DNA of 64,000 nt from NCBI GenBank assembly GCA_024704765.1, contig JAKMXF010000299.1:1002556-1066555 (forward strand), given 5' to 3'. A program made the position numbers and the translations under genes. The notes beneath the pieces were generated by a model, which searched no databases, was not told the DNA's origin, and was given only the letters and a program-made list of their open reading frames with translations. This document shows positions 40,623-53,827 of this stretch, piece by piece. The DNA is from Oopsacas minuta (taxonomy: Eukaryota > Animalia > Porifera). Position 1 is the stretch's first letter, and the number at the start of each line of letters is the position of its first letter.

Positions 40623-41598
40623 CTGTATACGATATTTACAAATTTCGAACTGAGTTATAATTTTCTTCGAAACTATTATCATTACATAACTATATTCATA
40701 TTCAACAATAAACTGTATTAACAATCGCATGACTGTAGGAGACCGTCCATTCAGATTTCAACCTGACCAGCTTTTTAATGGTTAGTATATACTACTGTGA
40801 GTATGGGGAAATCTGACCAACTTTTCCTGGGGTGCATATACAGGTATAGCAATATAGGTGATCTGACAATTCAATTGTCTGCTAAAGGCCTGTAAATGGT
40901 GCGATGCCCAGCATTTCGACTAAAACAGGTTGGTGTCAGGTCTATGTTACCAGCGTTAGGCAACTTCTAAGTATACGACTATACAAGTATAATACACGAA
41001 CTGTGGATTCTTTTCAAGAATAAGATATACATCTATTGTAGAATAGATTCTGCATAAGAACAAATATAGCCTCGTGTTTAGTTTATATAATTTATCATGG
41101 CTACATTTCACAGCAGAGAATCAATTTAGAAACTCCTACGCATATAATTGACTGTTTGCAAATGCACCTGTAGATATCATCTATTACAAGGATCTTTGTT
41201 CAGCTCAAAGTAGGACTATTTCTACTTTTGGCAAGTCCCCATTCACAAAGCACAATGAACAATTTCAAAGTCACTGTGTTATGTGGAATAATATATAGAA
41301 ATTGCACGAGACAGCCCGAAAGTAATCGCAACGTTTATGCCCAGCCCTCTTTGAACATTCCTGAAACCGCGAAGCGAGAGGGAGGGCAATTTTCACCAAA
41401 TTTTCGAATTAGTAGACGAATTCAAACGAATTTATCAATGGGAATCCAAATCAGTTCAATTAGATACATAGACAATAAATTAATTTGTACTTCAAGAATG
41501 TAAAATTATATTTAAAGATAGTAACAGAGGTCTACAAGAGAAGTTATGATTACTGATGAAATCAGGAAAAATAATGTTGAATAATTACACTAACTGCT

Positions 41599-42696
41599 TC
41601 ATGAATTAAATATAGACATCCACTGACTGTGAGAAGAATTTTGAGACAAAAGTGTTCGAGACCCAACCCCGAAATGTTTCATGTTAAATAGATGTGGTTG
41701 CAATATAGTATTGGATAGAGATATCCATGAAGGAATACTAAAGAGTGTAAATGCAAATATAAACATAAATAATGCTGGATTCCCTTTAGAAATATTAGGG
41801 ACATACGAAGAAATATAAGATTTCATTCTCTTAACAGTTGTAATCAAGTGCACGTTTTGTCTCTCTAATTCACCAACACGCCTTTGTAATTCCGAATTAA
41901 GGGAAGTTGTTTGTTGAACTCTCTCTTCCAATCCATCGAGATAGTCCTTCTTCCGTTTTCTACTCTCTGCAGCTGAAAGTTTATTCTTAATCCTCCTCTT
42001 AACCTGTTTGATATGTCTTTCTTCTGTTTTCGTCAGGGTACGAACGTTTTCAGGTATTACAACACCTTCATTTCTAAGTATAAATTTTTCATCTTCAGTC
42101 AGCTTAAGAGGTTTCGGTTTTCGACCAGGTTTATTAACTTGTATATCCGAATCAATATATGTCGAACTGTCTACTGCATTAATTGAAAATTGAGCATATG
42201 AATCGGCATTGGAGCAGTTCTCAATTGTATATAAGTAATCATAACCGTGTTGACATTGGTTTGTTTTATGGTCCTGTGTATGATGAAATTCAGGTAAAGA
42301 ATAGTTGACCGAATCATTCGCAGAAAGATGTGGCGAGTTTGAGGTAGAGTTAAGGTGTATCGCCTCATTTGAATTACGATCAAGGTGCAAAAATTCATTA
42401 GAAAAAAAATTATCATCCTGAATAGGTAAAAGCAAATCCTCAACCTGAGTAAAACTTGTAGGATCAAAGGAAATATCATGAAACGTCTCAAATTCACCAA
42501 TAAGTGGTTTCTCTGTATACAGTTGAGACAAGGGGTTTTGAATGTTAATGCTATCAGGTAATGTATCATTACAAAGATGGTGGATTGTTTCAGAAGTAAT
42601 ACTTCTATATGGATTGGTAAAAGGATCGTCAGTACAAAGATCAGATTGTTGCTTGTGAATAGTTGTAGAATCACAATTATGGGTTTTACGATACAT
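41599..42696 (-). CDS. CREB3: CREB3/OASIS-family membrane-bound bZIP transcription factor, 365 aa, intronless
   Basis: Adjacent-to-bZIP domain LKLTEDEKFILRNEGVVIP..LTKTEER, basic region KRRIKNKLSAAESRKRKKDYLDGLE, leucine zipper, TM helix ALFMFIFAFTLFSIP, and S1P-type site SRTLL. Intact ORF; paralogue identity not resolved. Confidence 0.93.
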   Translation of the reverse strand: MYRKTHNCDSTTIHKQQSDLCTDDPFTNPYRSITSETIHHLCNDTLPDSINIQNPLSQLYTEKPLIGEFETFHDISFDPTSFTQVEDLLLPIQDDNFFSNEFLHLDRNSNEAIHLNSTSNSPHLSANDSVNYSLPEFHHTQDHKTNQCQHGYDYLYTIENCSNADSYAQFSINAVDSSTYIDSDIQVNKPGRKPKPLKLTEDEKFILRNEGVVIPENVRTLTKTEERHIKQVKRRIKNKLSAAESRKRKKDYLDGLEERVQQTTSLNSELQRRVGELERQNVHLITTVKRMKSYISSYVPNISKGNPALFMFIFAFTLFSIPSWISLSNTILQPHLFNMKHFGVGSRTLLSQNSSHSQWMSIFNS

Positions 42697-42721
42697 CGAA
42701 AGGGTGATCGTATATAGTAAC

Positions 42722-43016
42722 TATCGAATTAAATCAAATCAAATATTTCAAATATTATAATTAAAATCAAATATTTCAAATCATATATTTCGAATCATAT
42801 ATTTCGAATCAAATATCTGATTTCAAATGTTGCACCGTAAATTGCGAAAAGCGGTTAATTGGGACACATTTGCTAGGACAATTCTTCCGAGTCTACTGTA
42901 TTTCCAATTAAATATTTGATTGAAATATCCCAAATCAAATATTCAAATAAAATAAAATAATTTCGAAGATCAAATCAATTCAAATCAAATAGTGTTTGAT
43001 TTGATTACAACACTGG
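42722..43016. repeat. AAATC/AAATCAAATATTTC-rich low-complexity element immediately upstream of CREB3
   Basis: Repeated AAATCAAAT units from about 26 bp upstream of the ATG. One end reads CAGTGTTGTAATCAAATC on the minus strand (hAT-MITE-like). Confidence 0.6.
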
Positions 43017-43732
43017 ATCATCGTTGAAAAATCTCACAAAGGGAGAATATTCAGAATCATGTGATTAGTGATAGTAAATTAATATTCAAGTGATAAATTT
43101 CGAGGTATTGAAATTATTGAGAATACTACCCAGGAGCTAATAGGATGCTCAATCCAGAAAATTAATTAAACAATAGCTTAGGACGCTCCATAAGGAGTAT
43201 GATTTACGACCAAATGTACTTTGGAGCTTAGATATTGATAATCTTCCTTCAATATATGAAATCATTTGCATCCTAATAGTAAATAATCAGAAGAATAGCC
43301 AAAAATTGAAATAGGATTTCTAATCCGACGACTAGAGTATTGTACCAGAAGGTGATCTCGTCACTAATTAGCTCTAACACAGCAGGGCCGTTGCAAGCAG
43401 GCCAAGTTAACCTATGTAATTATATATGGAGCCACCAAAAGTTGGTCCGATTGACTAATATTATTTGTATTAGCAGACAAATGTTGGTAAACCGGACCGT
43501 CTCCTACGGCCATGTACAAGGGGCACAGATGGGTACTTCAGTAGAAATAGGCAGGTATATATAGTTACATACACGAAATAATTCACTTATAGTAAATCGA
43601 TAGTAATAAATCGATTAGAGACAATAAATTTTATATAGAAGTAGTATGTAAATTCTTTGGCTTGACTTTTGACAAATTTATAGGTATAATATTTTATGGT
43701 TATAATATTTATTAAATATTGACAACCTATAA

Positions 43733-43879
43733 CAGGGTTCTCAACTATCAGGATTTCGTCGTGAGTCTCACGATTTCGGGTCTACAAATACTGCAAAATT
43801 TATGGTCTTTTCAAAGAAAACTAATACTAAATTGCATATCTCACGATTTAGATTCACGGGTTGAAACTTGAGAGCCCTG
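43733..43879. mobile_element. Short hAT-like MITE
   Basis: TIR CAGGGTTCTCAA / CAGGGCTCTCAA (11/12) and internal TCACGATTT repeats. No TSD found. Confidence 0.55.
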
Positions 43880-44109
43880 CCATGAGTATAAAAATATTCT
43901 TCAAATAAGGGGGAATTGGGGAAAACAATTGGGCTGAAAGAGAGTGAACGGTTTTGGTATTCGATATACGACTCAATTATGGTACAAATTCGTCATAGTT
44001 ATGTGTATAATCTAAAACATTCCATTCCTGCGATCAAGGGTGTTTCTAAGCTATAAAATCCATCGATGATAATGCAATTAATATGGAACATAGCTATAGA
44101 TAGAACTCC

Positions 44110-44755
44110 ATTTTAGCTTCAACTGTGTATAGTACTAGTATGCATAACTTGATGTACAATGTACAGTATTGACTAGGATCAAGTTTCGTTTATATTCTAA
44201 TGTACTACAAAACATTATAAACAAACTCATGCATAAACGACTTTTGACATTTGGGCTATGTTTGTTGTTTTTCTATGCACATTTCGATTTTACTGTGCCA
44301 ACTATACTTTAATACAGTAGCACAGTACTAAAATGGTTGCCTATATTTTTTCTTTTTACTGTGCCGACTCTACTTTAGTATAGTGGCCCAGTATTGAATT
44401 TGTTTTTCTCCGTGAAAGGCCTGCAGCCAAAATTGGATAGAATTAAGGTGATATATGGTGTGAGAACTATTGAATATAGTCTTCGGGTGTGCATCCCCCT
44501 TTGCTTATCAATCGGACACCATGTGCCATTATTTCACACTAGTCAAACCTTTGTCTGGCCTCTGGCAAAAATGATAAAAGGAAAGGTGCCAAAATTTCAC
44601 ACCTTTTGAAAGAGAAAGAAATTCTATACCTTCGTACCTTTCTTGAATTTTATATTGGTTATAGCTTTTTTGCTGCAAGTAAATGAAAAATATTCATTAT
44701 ATAGCACTATGTCATCGGTAATTCTATTGTTCTTAGATGCTAAATATTTATTAGT
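44110..44755 (+). repeat. Interspersed repeat with two 37-bp palindromes
   Basis: Palindromes at 44291-44327 and 44357-44393. The right part matches 14640-15060 inverted; the left part matches the flanks of the mariner (about 49965-50057 and 52738-52800). Confidence 0.7.
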
Positions 44756-46649
44756 TAAGTAGGGAATTTATTTTGAAAAAGAAAGTGCACAACTGCTGAA
44801 ATCTCAACTCCCTCTCCCAAATTCAGGTAAAATACTAAATAACTCATTTAAAATTTTGTCTTTTAATTACAATATTTAATTGCAATTATCCCTTTAGTTC
44901 GCTGAACTTGAGCACGAATTATGTAGACGATTACTGAAAGAGATATAGAAAGGAATCCGTTCTCAGTGGTAATGAAGATCTTGAATATGAAGATCCTGAG
45001 ATCTTCGAATTTAACTCAGGTGTAAGTAGTATTTTTGTTAAACGTAGTTCACACTGATCAATTTGCAATGCTATATTTATTGTTATTCTTATTGGTCTAA
45101 GTCGCAGATCCAGCAATGTGAAAATGAGACTCCAGAGTTGATAGGTTGGTACCATGTATAATAATTTGTTCACTCGTACTAAACTTATTATATATTAGAT
45201 CTATAAGTATTCAAAAAAGTAGTTTGAGGCTGATGAGCGCCAGATAAACTCATAACGAAGATTGTTTCAATCACGGTTAATTTTAACTTTCCCAAAGATT
45301 TAAAAACTCTAAAATGACAATCACTGTATAATTACTTGTAGCCACAACTTATGGAATCAGTAAGATATCACAGACTACTAAATACATTTCAATCAAGGCT
45401 TCAAGATGAGTGGTACTCTAATCCCAATCACTGAGAAATGAACCAGTTTATGCATGCTGTTACTACGTGAAACGGCGGATAGTGAAATGGTAGGTATATA
45501 ATCAGGTGTCATAACAGAGTTTTATAATCTTGTAGTGTAGTCAAGTACAGTAGAAGCTCGTTAATATGTACACCAAGGGACAGTCGAGATTTGTACTCCT
45601 TATCCGGAGTACGTATTAACCGGTGTACTAGAACTGGAGTAAATTGAATATCCATTGTACGGACTAAAATTGTGTAAAATTGTGTTAGTCTTACCAGAAA
45701 TTCGCAATAAATGTGTTCGTATTAACGAAGTTTCACCTTATGCGATTACAAATTCAAGGATAATGAGCTGAAGTGTTGACGAGTTTCTTTTTGCTAATTA
45801 TGTTATGTTAATATCTAATATAATATATACGTATTATATTTATTAATCAGAACAGATATTTCGATTAGTAGTTGATATAGTGAAGGAAGCATGATAGACC
45901 AAGATAAAACTTCTATAATTCCAACTAATTTTGCCTACCAAGTTCTACTACCCACTCTAAGTAGTAACTACTGATTATTGTTCATAGAGAATTCTAGTAA
46001 GTGTTTTATTCGATAAATGGTTATGTTCCGAATAGTTGGACGATATTTTCCATACAGAATTTGATTTCACTGGTGAAATAGAGAATAGAGGTGATTTGCT
46101 ATTTCTTTATTTATTTGAATGAAATTAATATACTATATTAAATTATCATGTCAATTACAGTCTGTGACGCTTAGTTTTTAATGTATGTCTCTTATCTTTG
46201 CAAAGATTCACTGAATAGATTTTTATCTATAAAATATAACATTAAGATGTCATTCGAATTATTTAATCATATTCTATGATAATTTTTATTATACATATAT
46301 CTATATACAGGGCCTGCCGCAAGGATTTATAAGTGGTCCGCGTGAAATCTCACTTCCCATAGAAACAGTACTAGCAGCACCAACCGGAACGGTGGCGCTG
46401 GCGCTAATTTTTATATAGTATATATTTATCAAGGTTGCAACCGAATAGTTCAATATTCGGTTAGGGCTACAATTCATGAAAACTGATATTCATCTCTGGC
46501 GGTTTCAACCTTGTTATATATATAAATATATGTATATATATATCACTTTAGGCCTGTATACACCTGAACAGATGCTAAAGTAAGAATTTGTGAGCACAAT
46601 GTATTTTCCACGTAATTGTTTGGAAATTTTATTAAGAACAAAGTATATA

Positions 46650-47393
46650 CAGTAGAAGCAGCTTAATCGGGACTCGGATAATCGGGATATCCGCTTAAAC
46701 GGGACAGTGGTTTGGGAACATATTTTTTACATAGAAAAATCGTCGGATAATTGGGACATCGAATCGGTTAATCGGGATTCTTTATCCCGATTACCCGAGA
46801 ATTTGTAAGTTCATAATCGGTTATTCAGGATTTCTTATCCCATTAACCGAATATTAATTGTATTCGCTTAATTGGGATTTCTATCCCAATTTGACGATTG
46901 TATATTTATTCAGAATCATTGTAAAATGGTTTGTTGTAAAACTAGGAATTTGAATATTATCTACAACTATAACAATACAACAGCAATGCGATTACAATTT
47001 ACTAAACTAAGATTAGTAACATTGCTCGCTCGCCTCAGGTTCCATTGGCTATTCCATCGTGTATAATTCCCTCAATAATGGCCAGACTGTTGGATATCCA
47101 AACGTTTTGCATGGGTTGCAGTAATAAACACATGCATAATTATTTAAACTATATTTTCTTATTTTTTAAGTATATACCGTAACGCATTCTATGACCTCTT
47201 GAAGAGGAACTATACCCATACTACAACCAAATCTCTACTAGACTTAGATAAATCAGGATTAGTAATAGAGAAATAAGATATACCTGGTCATGTGAGAATG
47301 AAAACCTAGTTTTGAAAACTTCAATAATCATAATCGGTTAATCGGGACAAAACATTGACTCCCCGAGCTGTCCCGATTAAGCGGCTTCCACTG
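46650..47393. mobile_element. pogo/Tigger-like MITE, complete
   Basis: Termini CAGT(A/G)GAAGC(A/C)GCTTAATCGGGAC with TA flanks, and an internal array of TAATCGGGA-like repeats (about 46660-46880). Confidence 0.88.
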
Positions 47394-50059
47394 TATATGT
47401 GTGCAATAAACAAATTATAACTAGTGAGTCAGATTTCATTTTTAGATTATTCGAACAAATGTATCAGTTAGGGAGGAAAAATTGGAGATATTCGATAGGC
47501 TAACACCTACCCTATCGATAACTCATATCAAGCCTGAATCTTTGTAAATCGGATGTCGAAAAAGCAATACGATTTCAGACTCTGGCCTCATATCTTACCC
47601 AGTCTTTGAAACAAAATGACTTCAACCTGTTCAAAATGTCAGACTAGCCCTTATTTAGTAGTTGTAAAATATTTGCTTACCTTCATAATAATATTAGAGA
47701 TGTCCAGGCGAAAGTGGACTTTGGAAAAATGATCGGTTTGAAGAAGGCACATTTATGGACCTCTTCAGGAGTGAGCATAAGTTAACACGTATCTTACAAA
47801 GGATTGGATTTGCCTGTGATTCATATTTCATCGATTACACTTGTTCTCAATGCCAGCAACATTTTGTCAAATCTAAGGACCTTGAGTACTGAGGACTAAG
47901 ATTTACCAGTAATTTATATACGCACTAATGTACTATGATAATTTACTGGCACATATTTTTTAAAATACATTCTTATTCTATAGTCATCCGCAATCAAATA
48001 TTGAAACCAGTATCATGAAAAATATAGCCACACAAGTGTCTCGTGTAAGAAATATGCATATATGCTCATTTTATCTTATTCAGAACATTGGTAGTTACAT
48101 TATTTGTATACTCATAGAGTTTCTTGTCGACGGAAGAGTGTTCACAACAGCAACAACTCAGATTTTAAAAACATTCCACCAATGTTATTCATTGAGATAG
48201 CGAAAGTAGGACTGTGAGAAATAAATGTCTTAAACTTTCTATCTCTGATTCATTAACTATATACTTACCATTTGTATCATTTTAGGAGACTTGAAACAAA
48301 CTGGTTGTCAGATTATATACATTTATTTCAAGACATTGAAAACAAAGTAGGATTATATTTCCTGTAATTTCATGATATTAATGTTATTAGGTGTTGTGTT
48401 TGAATAGTGATAAAGCGAGTATATTAGCTATAAAAATATAATTTATACAAGTATTATTTCTACAATTATTTTCATACTTGAAATTGTAATAGCATGTTAT
48501 TGAATTTATCTAGGTATCAACTCTTCTATTTTTCAATTCATAAAAACATCTAAGTTCATTTCATAATGGAGATTTAAGACTGACCACTGATGGTTATATA
48601 TAATGGATTGGGAGATCCTCCTCTAGTTAAATATGTAAAAATCAAAGCTGAGAAAAATCTAAGCAATTAGTCTTGTGGGTTAGATATTAGTAGAAATATA
48701 GAGATTAGATTATAGTACTGCCATGCATCCATATATGATTATAAAACTCAAATATTATTTATATTTATTAGTTAATTTATCTTGAAACACAATCGCCTAC
48801 CTAAACTCTGGCAACTTAAACTATGTTATAAGAAGCTAATTGAAAAGTAGTCTAGATTTTGTTTGTTCTGGCGTATAGATGAGCATGTGTTAAGTGAAAT
48901 TCAGTATCAGAATTCGTGTACACTTAGAAAAAACTATGGTAATATAACCATCGGGGTAAACCTGACCAACAGCACAATTCTTGCTCCACTTTTTGAATTT
49001 ATTAAGATTTGAACGGATTTGATCGTAAAAAGCAGGATCTATCTTACAAAGTTGAAAATCGTGAGATTCTTCAAGAACCCCACAATAGAATTATGAGACG
49101 TACCATTTAGTATTACTTAATTCAATTCGACATCTTGAAATTTGACAGCCCTAGAATTTATGTATTGTTTTAGATATGATAGGATGTAAGCGATTGAACA
49201 TTTCTTTGAATTTGAAGCTTTGAATTAATTAGATTTAAAACACACTCACTAGATTTGATAATAGCCTACTATTCATAAGGCCTAACAGTAAATTTTGGAT
49301 TATGGACTTTAGTAGGTTAGCCGATAGTACAAATTCTATTTGAGTTCTATATTGTAGAAACTATGCATTCCTGCCCGATTAAATGTAATGCATATTTGTA
49401 GAGCAACAATTTATCAAGCTTTTTCTGTGCAAATGTTATAGGAATGTGTCAAATATGTGTCTAGTAAGTATTTTTGGTAAATACATCATTCTTTGAAGCC
49501 TTGAAGAAGGATAAATATTGTATCTTTCAACTGAATATATGAAATACCTATACATACGTTTATACAAAATAAGCAAAATTTGTACTACAAAAGTTGGAAA
49601 TTTCTTGAATTGCAGTAGAAACAAGGGATGCACATTTTAAGGAAATCCAATTGTAACCCTATAATCATTAAAATTATTAACAAATCAGGATATCAAATTT
49701 GTAGTAAATTTACGACTTCCCATACCCTTATAATACATTATGATATGATAATTCATACCAATGTAATGGAATAGTAAATATGCCCATATATGGTAATTTT
49801 CAATAATCCGCAATAATATTCAGAGATATCTTATCAAAATATATTATTAGGGTAAGGGAAGTTCTGTATTTACTACAATTTTGTTATCCTGTTATGCAAA
49901 TAATTTCATCGAATTCTATTTGGATATTAAGATATTAAATCTGCTGTATATAGAACACTATTATAGCTTCCCACTGTATATAGTACTATTATGTACATCC
50001 TTAATTCCTTATAAACAGTATTGACTAGGATCAAGTTTCTTTTATAGTCTAATCTACTA

Positions 50060-52735
50060 CGGGCGTTCAATAAGTAGTCGTTATCAAATTGTAATTCTAA
50101 ATTTTTCAAGCATAATTGTGTATTCAGTGATGGAGTTACTCAAAGTATTCCCTTTCGTGCTGTAAAACAAATTTCAGCCTTTTTCTAATCGAAAATACTT
50201 TTTTGTAGTTTTCGGTTGGTACACCTTTCATATACTGGCAAATCGCTGATCTTAACTGAGCTCGACTCTCGAATTTCCTGCCTGATAGGTGTTTCTTTAG
50301 CTTTGGAAACAACCAAAAGTCACAGGGAGCTAGATCTGGCGAGTAGGGAGGGTGATCTAGCTCCACAATCTTCATAGCTTACAACTTTTCTCTAACCAGC
50401 TTTGTCTTGTGCGGTCAGGCGTTATCATGCAATATTCGCAATCCACGAATTCCAGTCCTTGGCCGTCGATTTTTGATAGAGTTTTTCAACCTCTGTTGGA
50501 CACTCATTGGTGTAGAAGGAGCCTGTTATTGTTTGGTTTTTGGGGGCACAAATCTGGCACACTGGACCATTGGAATCAAAAAATATATAGCACATAACCT
50601 TCAGGTCCCGAAAGTCATGTCGAGGGATTAATGGTGGGTCCTGTCCTTTTGCAACCCATACTTTGTTTGCTTCTTTTGATAAAGGCTCAGAATAACGTAC
50701 CCAAGTTTCGTCACCTGTTACTATCTCAAATAACCTCCTGGAGTCAGCTCGATCAAACTCAGAGAGCAATTTAGTAGCGCATTGGACCCTCTTTGCTTTC
50801 TGGGCCTGAGTTAGTAATTGCGGCACCCATTGAGGACATATCTTTCGGAATTTCATATTATCATGTACAATAGCTTGAGCAGTTCCCGTTGAGGTCCCAA
50901 CCGCATCAGCTATCTCCACAAGCGCGATATGAGGGTCTTCTTCAAGTAACAGGAATACCTCAAGGATATTTTTGTTACTGGCGCTGGAAACTGGTCTCCC
51001 TATTCTTGCCCCATCTTCAATGGACACTTACCTTCACGAAAGCGTCTAGCCCAATCAACAACGGTGGAATATGGAAGTGCTGTATCCTTATAAACTTCCT
51101 CTAAATCTTTGTGGACATCTGTTGGTGAAACTTTGAGCAGTGTTCTGATCTTCATATACAGGGTGTAACAAATGTATTGTCGTTTTCTAAACTGATTATA
51201 ACTAATCTCAAAATAGCACAAATATTACCGTTTTATTTCTCTATATAGCCTCCTTGCCTTTCTAAAACTTGTGTAACTCGCCTAGGCATACTAGATACAA
51301 TGTTTTGCAAAACATCACCCGATATATTACTCCATGCCTTTTTCAAATTTTTTATTAGTCCGTTAACGGTAGTTGCTTGCTCCAGCTCATCTACCTTATC
51401 TTTCATGATAGCCCAGAAATTCTCGATTGGATTGAGATGGGGCGAGTTTCCGGGCCACTCAGCTTTATGCCAAAACGCAGGAAGATTATGTTCACACCAT
51501 TCCTGTACCAGTTTAGCCGTGTGAGCAGGTGCCCCGTCTTGCATGAAAATAATCCCAGACATCTCTGAGGTCATAGACCGCTCTAAAACTGCCCCATTTT
51601 TGGCTCTCCTATGAAAGGCATCTTTGCATGTTCCAGCTAAAATCTTTGTACGGTAGTAATCTCCATTTACAGTTTCTCCTTGAGGTATAATATGCACTCA
51701 GATAGGGCTTGGTGGGTCATCATGCCCCACACCTGGATTTTGGCTGGAAATTTTACCTTCATACAAGGTTGGATTGAGGCCGCATCCTTGCTCCAAACAC
51801 GGTCATTCTGTCTGTTTGGTGTTTGAAATAATTGAAAGGGAGATTCATCAGACCATAAAATTCTATTCCAATCACCAACTGTCCAATCCTTATGTGTTTC
51901 CGCAAATTTCCTCCGATTTTCCTTCATTTTTATGGTCAAACGAAGCTTTCTCGGTCTTTTATGAGGTTTCACTCCCAAAGACTTACGTAAATACCGATGG
52001 ACAGACATGTGGGAAACATTACAACCACCCCTCGTTAACCTCAAAGCGAGCTTACGCGTTGATTGCCTTCTCTTTCCTAAAGATTTCTTTAACACAATTT
52101 TGGCAACTCCGTTAATTTTCGGTGGACATCCAGACTTGGGCTTAGATTCCATCGAAAATCCAAGATTATCGCTGAGTCCCCACCTTTGAACAGATCGAAT
52201 ATTGACGTTGAGTCTTTGAGCAACTGTTTTAGTTCTTTCTCCAGCTTTTAGCATCCCTATTGCCTGAGATCTTAAGGAAGATCCATAATCTTGGACATTC
52301 ATCTCTTATACAATTGAGAATATTTTAAAAATACCAAGAAAAAATCGAAAAGTTGAATACAATAAAAATTGACTGCTATATACTTTGACAATAACATGTA
52401 TCAATACTCTTGAATAAAGGAATCAATGATTAAGGTTGTATAATACTATGTAATGCCAAGCAAATATATCAGTAAATAACGACAATACATTTGTTACACC
52501 CTGTATGCTCTCTGCTCAATTTTGAAATCTGTACTTTTTGAAGCCATTAATAATGTTACTATAATAAACTGTCAAAATGTAAATAGGTACAATATTAGAA
52601 CGAGACATCAGAATCAAAACGCTTTGCATTATTGAATTCACAATAGATGGATTGTTATTGGAAAATTCAGTTTGATCTGGGTCGAAATATCCCGACTTAC
52701 AAAATTTGGAATAACGACTACTTATTGAACGCCCG
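50060..52735 (-). mobile_element. mariner (DD34D) transposon interrupted by a Tc1-like element
   Basis: Perfect 25-bp TIR CGGGCGTTCAATAAGTAGTCGTTAT with TA flanks. ORF from 52547 MASKSTDFKIEQRAY|MKIRT rejoins across the insert. Motifs IVTGDETWV, LHDNA and HPPYSPDLAPCDF (34-residue spacing). Stops and frameshifts present. Confidence 0.95.
51159..52503 (-). mobile_element. Tc1-like DD37E (TRT-like) transposon, nearly intact
   Basis: Perfect 26-bp TIR CAGGGTGTAACAAATGTATTGTCGTT with TA TSD. Transposase 51233-52302 is broken by one apparent 1-nt deletion near 51695. Motifs WSDES and QDGAP-37aa-NPIE. Confidence 0.95.
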
Positions 52736-53368
52736 TAGTACTAAATACACGATAAACTAATTTTTGACATTTGGACTAGGTTTGTTGTTTTTTCATAGAT
52801 ATTTGTCTATCTATGATATTTGTCTACGTGACTAGGTATTTGTCTATGTGCTAAGAGACTAGCTTCAACTGGGATCTCTAATCGTTCTACATTCTAGAAA
52901 GCAAAAAAGGTTTGGAATATGCGAGATAGTGACGTAGAATGACGTAAAGGTATGTGACGCCAAAATATATGAATATTTTAGACACTATATAATTTTTTCA
53001 ATGTAAGAATGAAACATGTAGTCTGAGTTATGAATAAATCTCAAAAATTTGGAAATATTAGAGAAAACACGATATATATATTGTTTCTGACAAACATTTC
53101 AAGGTGTTGATGATGCAGCAAATGTAAATGTGAGATTTTTGAAATGTTTTGAAAATTAATGGATGAAGACATAATTTCTCAGGTATTTGGAAAATATGTT
53201 TTTGAAAATCTCAACTTTTCTCGAAAATCTATACTCAAATACCCCTATTTCGATACCGTTGATTCAAGGTTAATTCTTTCACAAGGGGTCCGAACGGTAC
53301 ACCCGGCTGGTAAACGTAAAGTTTATTCATATTCCTCACCTCTATATAATTTCTATAATTGTTGTTGC

Positions 53369-53827
53369 TAAGGTATTAGTCGATGTGTTAAACAAGATCT
53401 CGATCCCGATCCCGATCTTAGCTGAAATTATGATCAGCGATCCCGATCAAGATCCGCATTTCAAAACGATCGCGATCCCGATCTCGATCATTTTTTCCGA
53501 TCGTTTATGTAATATTCAGGACATATATTTTGATAGTTACATCATTTCTTATGCTAAAAGAAACATAGGTAGAGAATCAACGCATTCTACGAACGAATAT
53601 TACTGATTTTGAACACAAATTTGGAACAATACATAAGTATAAAAATTCAAATGATAGTAGCATTCAAAGTATGCAAAAATGATCGAAAATTTTTGTGTGC
53701 AAAAAAAAGGATCGCGATCTTACATCCGATCCTTAATAAAACAATGTTCGCCGATCGTCGCCAAATGGTCAAAAAAGTATTGTGATCGTGATCGAGCAAT
53801 CAATGATCGTAATATCCTAATGCACTA
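53369..53827. mobile_element. hAT-like MITE with CGATC-rich subterminal arrays
   Basis: 8-bp TSD GTTGTTGC / GTTGTTAC (7/8), weak TIR TAAGGTATTAG / TAGTGCATTAG, and dense GATCCCGATC repeats. Confidence 0.7.

Noticed and set aside
42171-42674. 167-aa alternative-frame ORF overlapping CREB3
   Set aside because: No recognisable motifs, TTG/ATT-type start, and shadowed by the conserved bZIP ORF.
46660-46880. CRISPR-like or satellite array (TAATCGGGA repeats; also the GATC array at 53390-53810)
   Set aside because: Irregular short subterminal MITE repeats without constant-length unique spacers, in eukaryotic context and with no cas genes.
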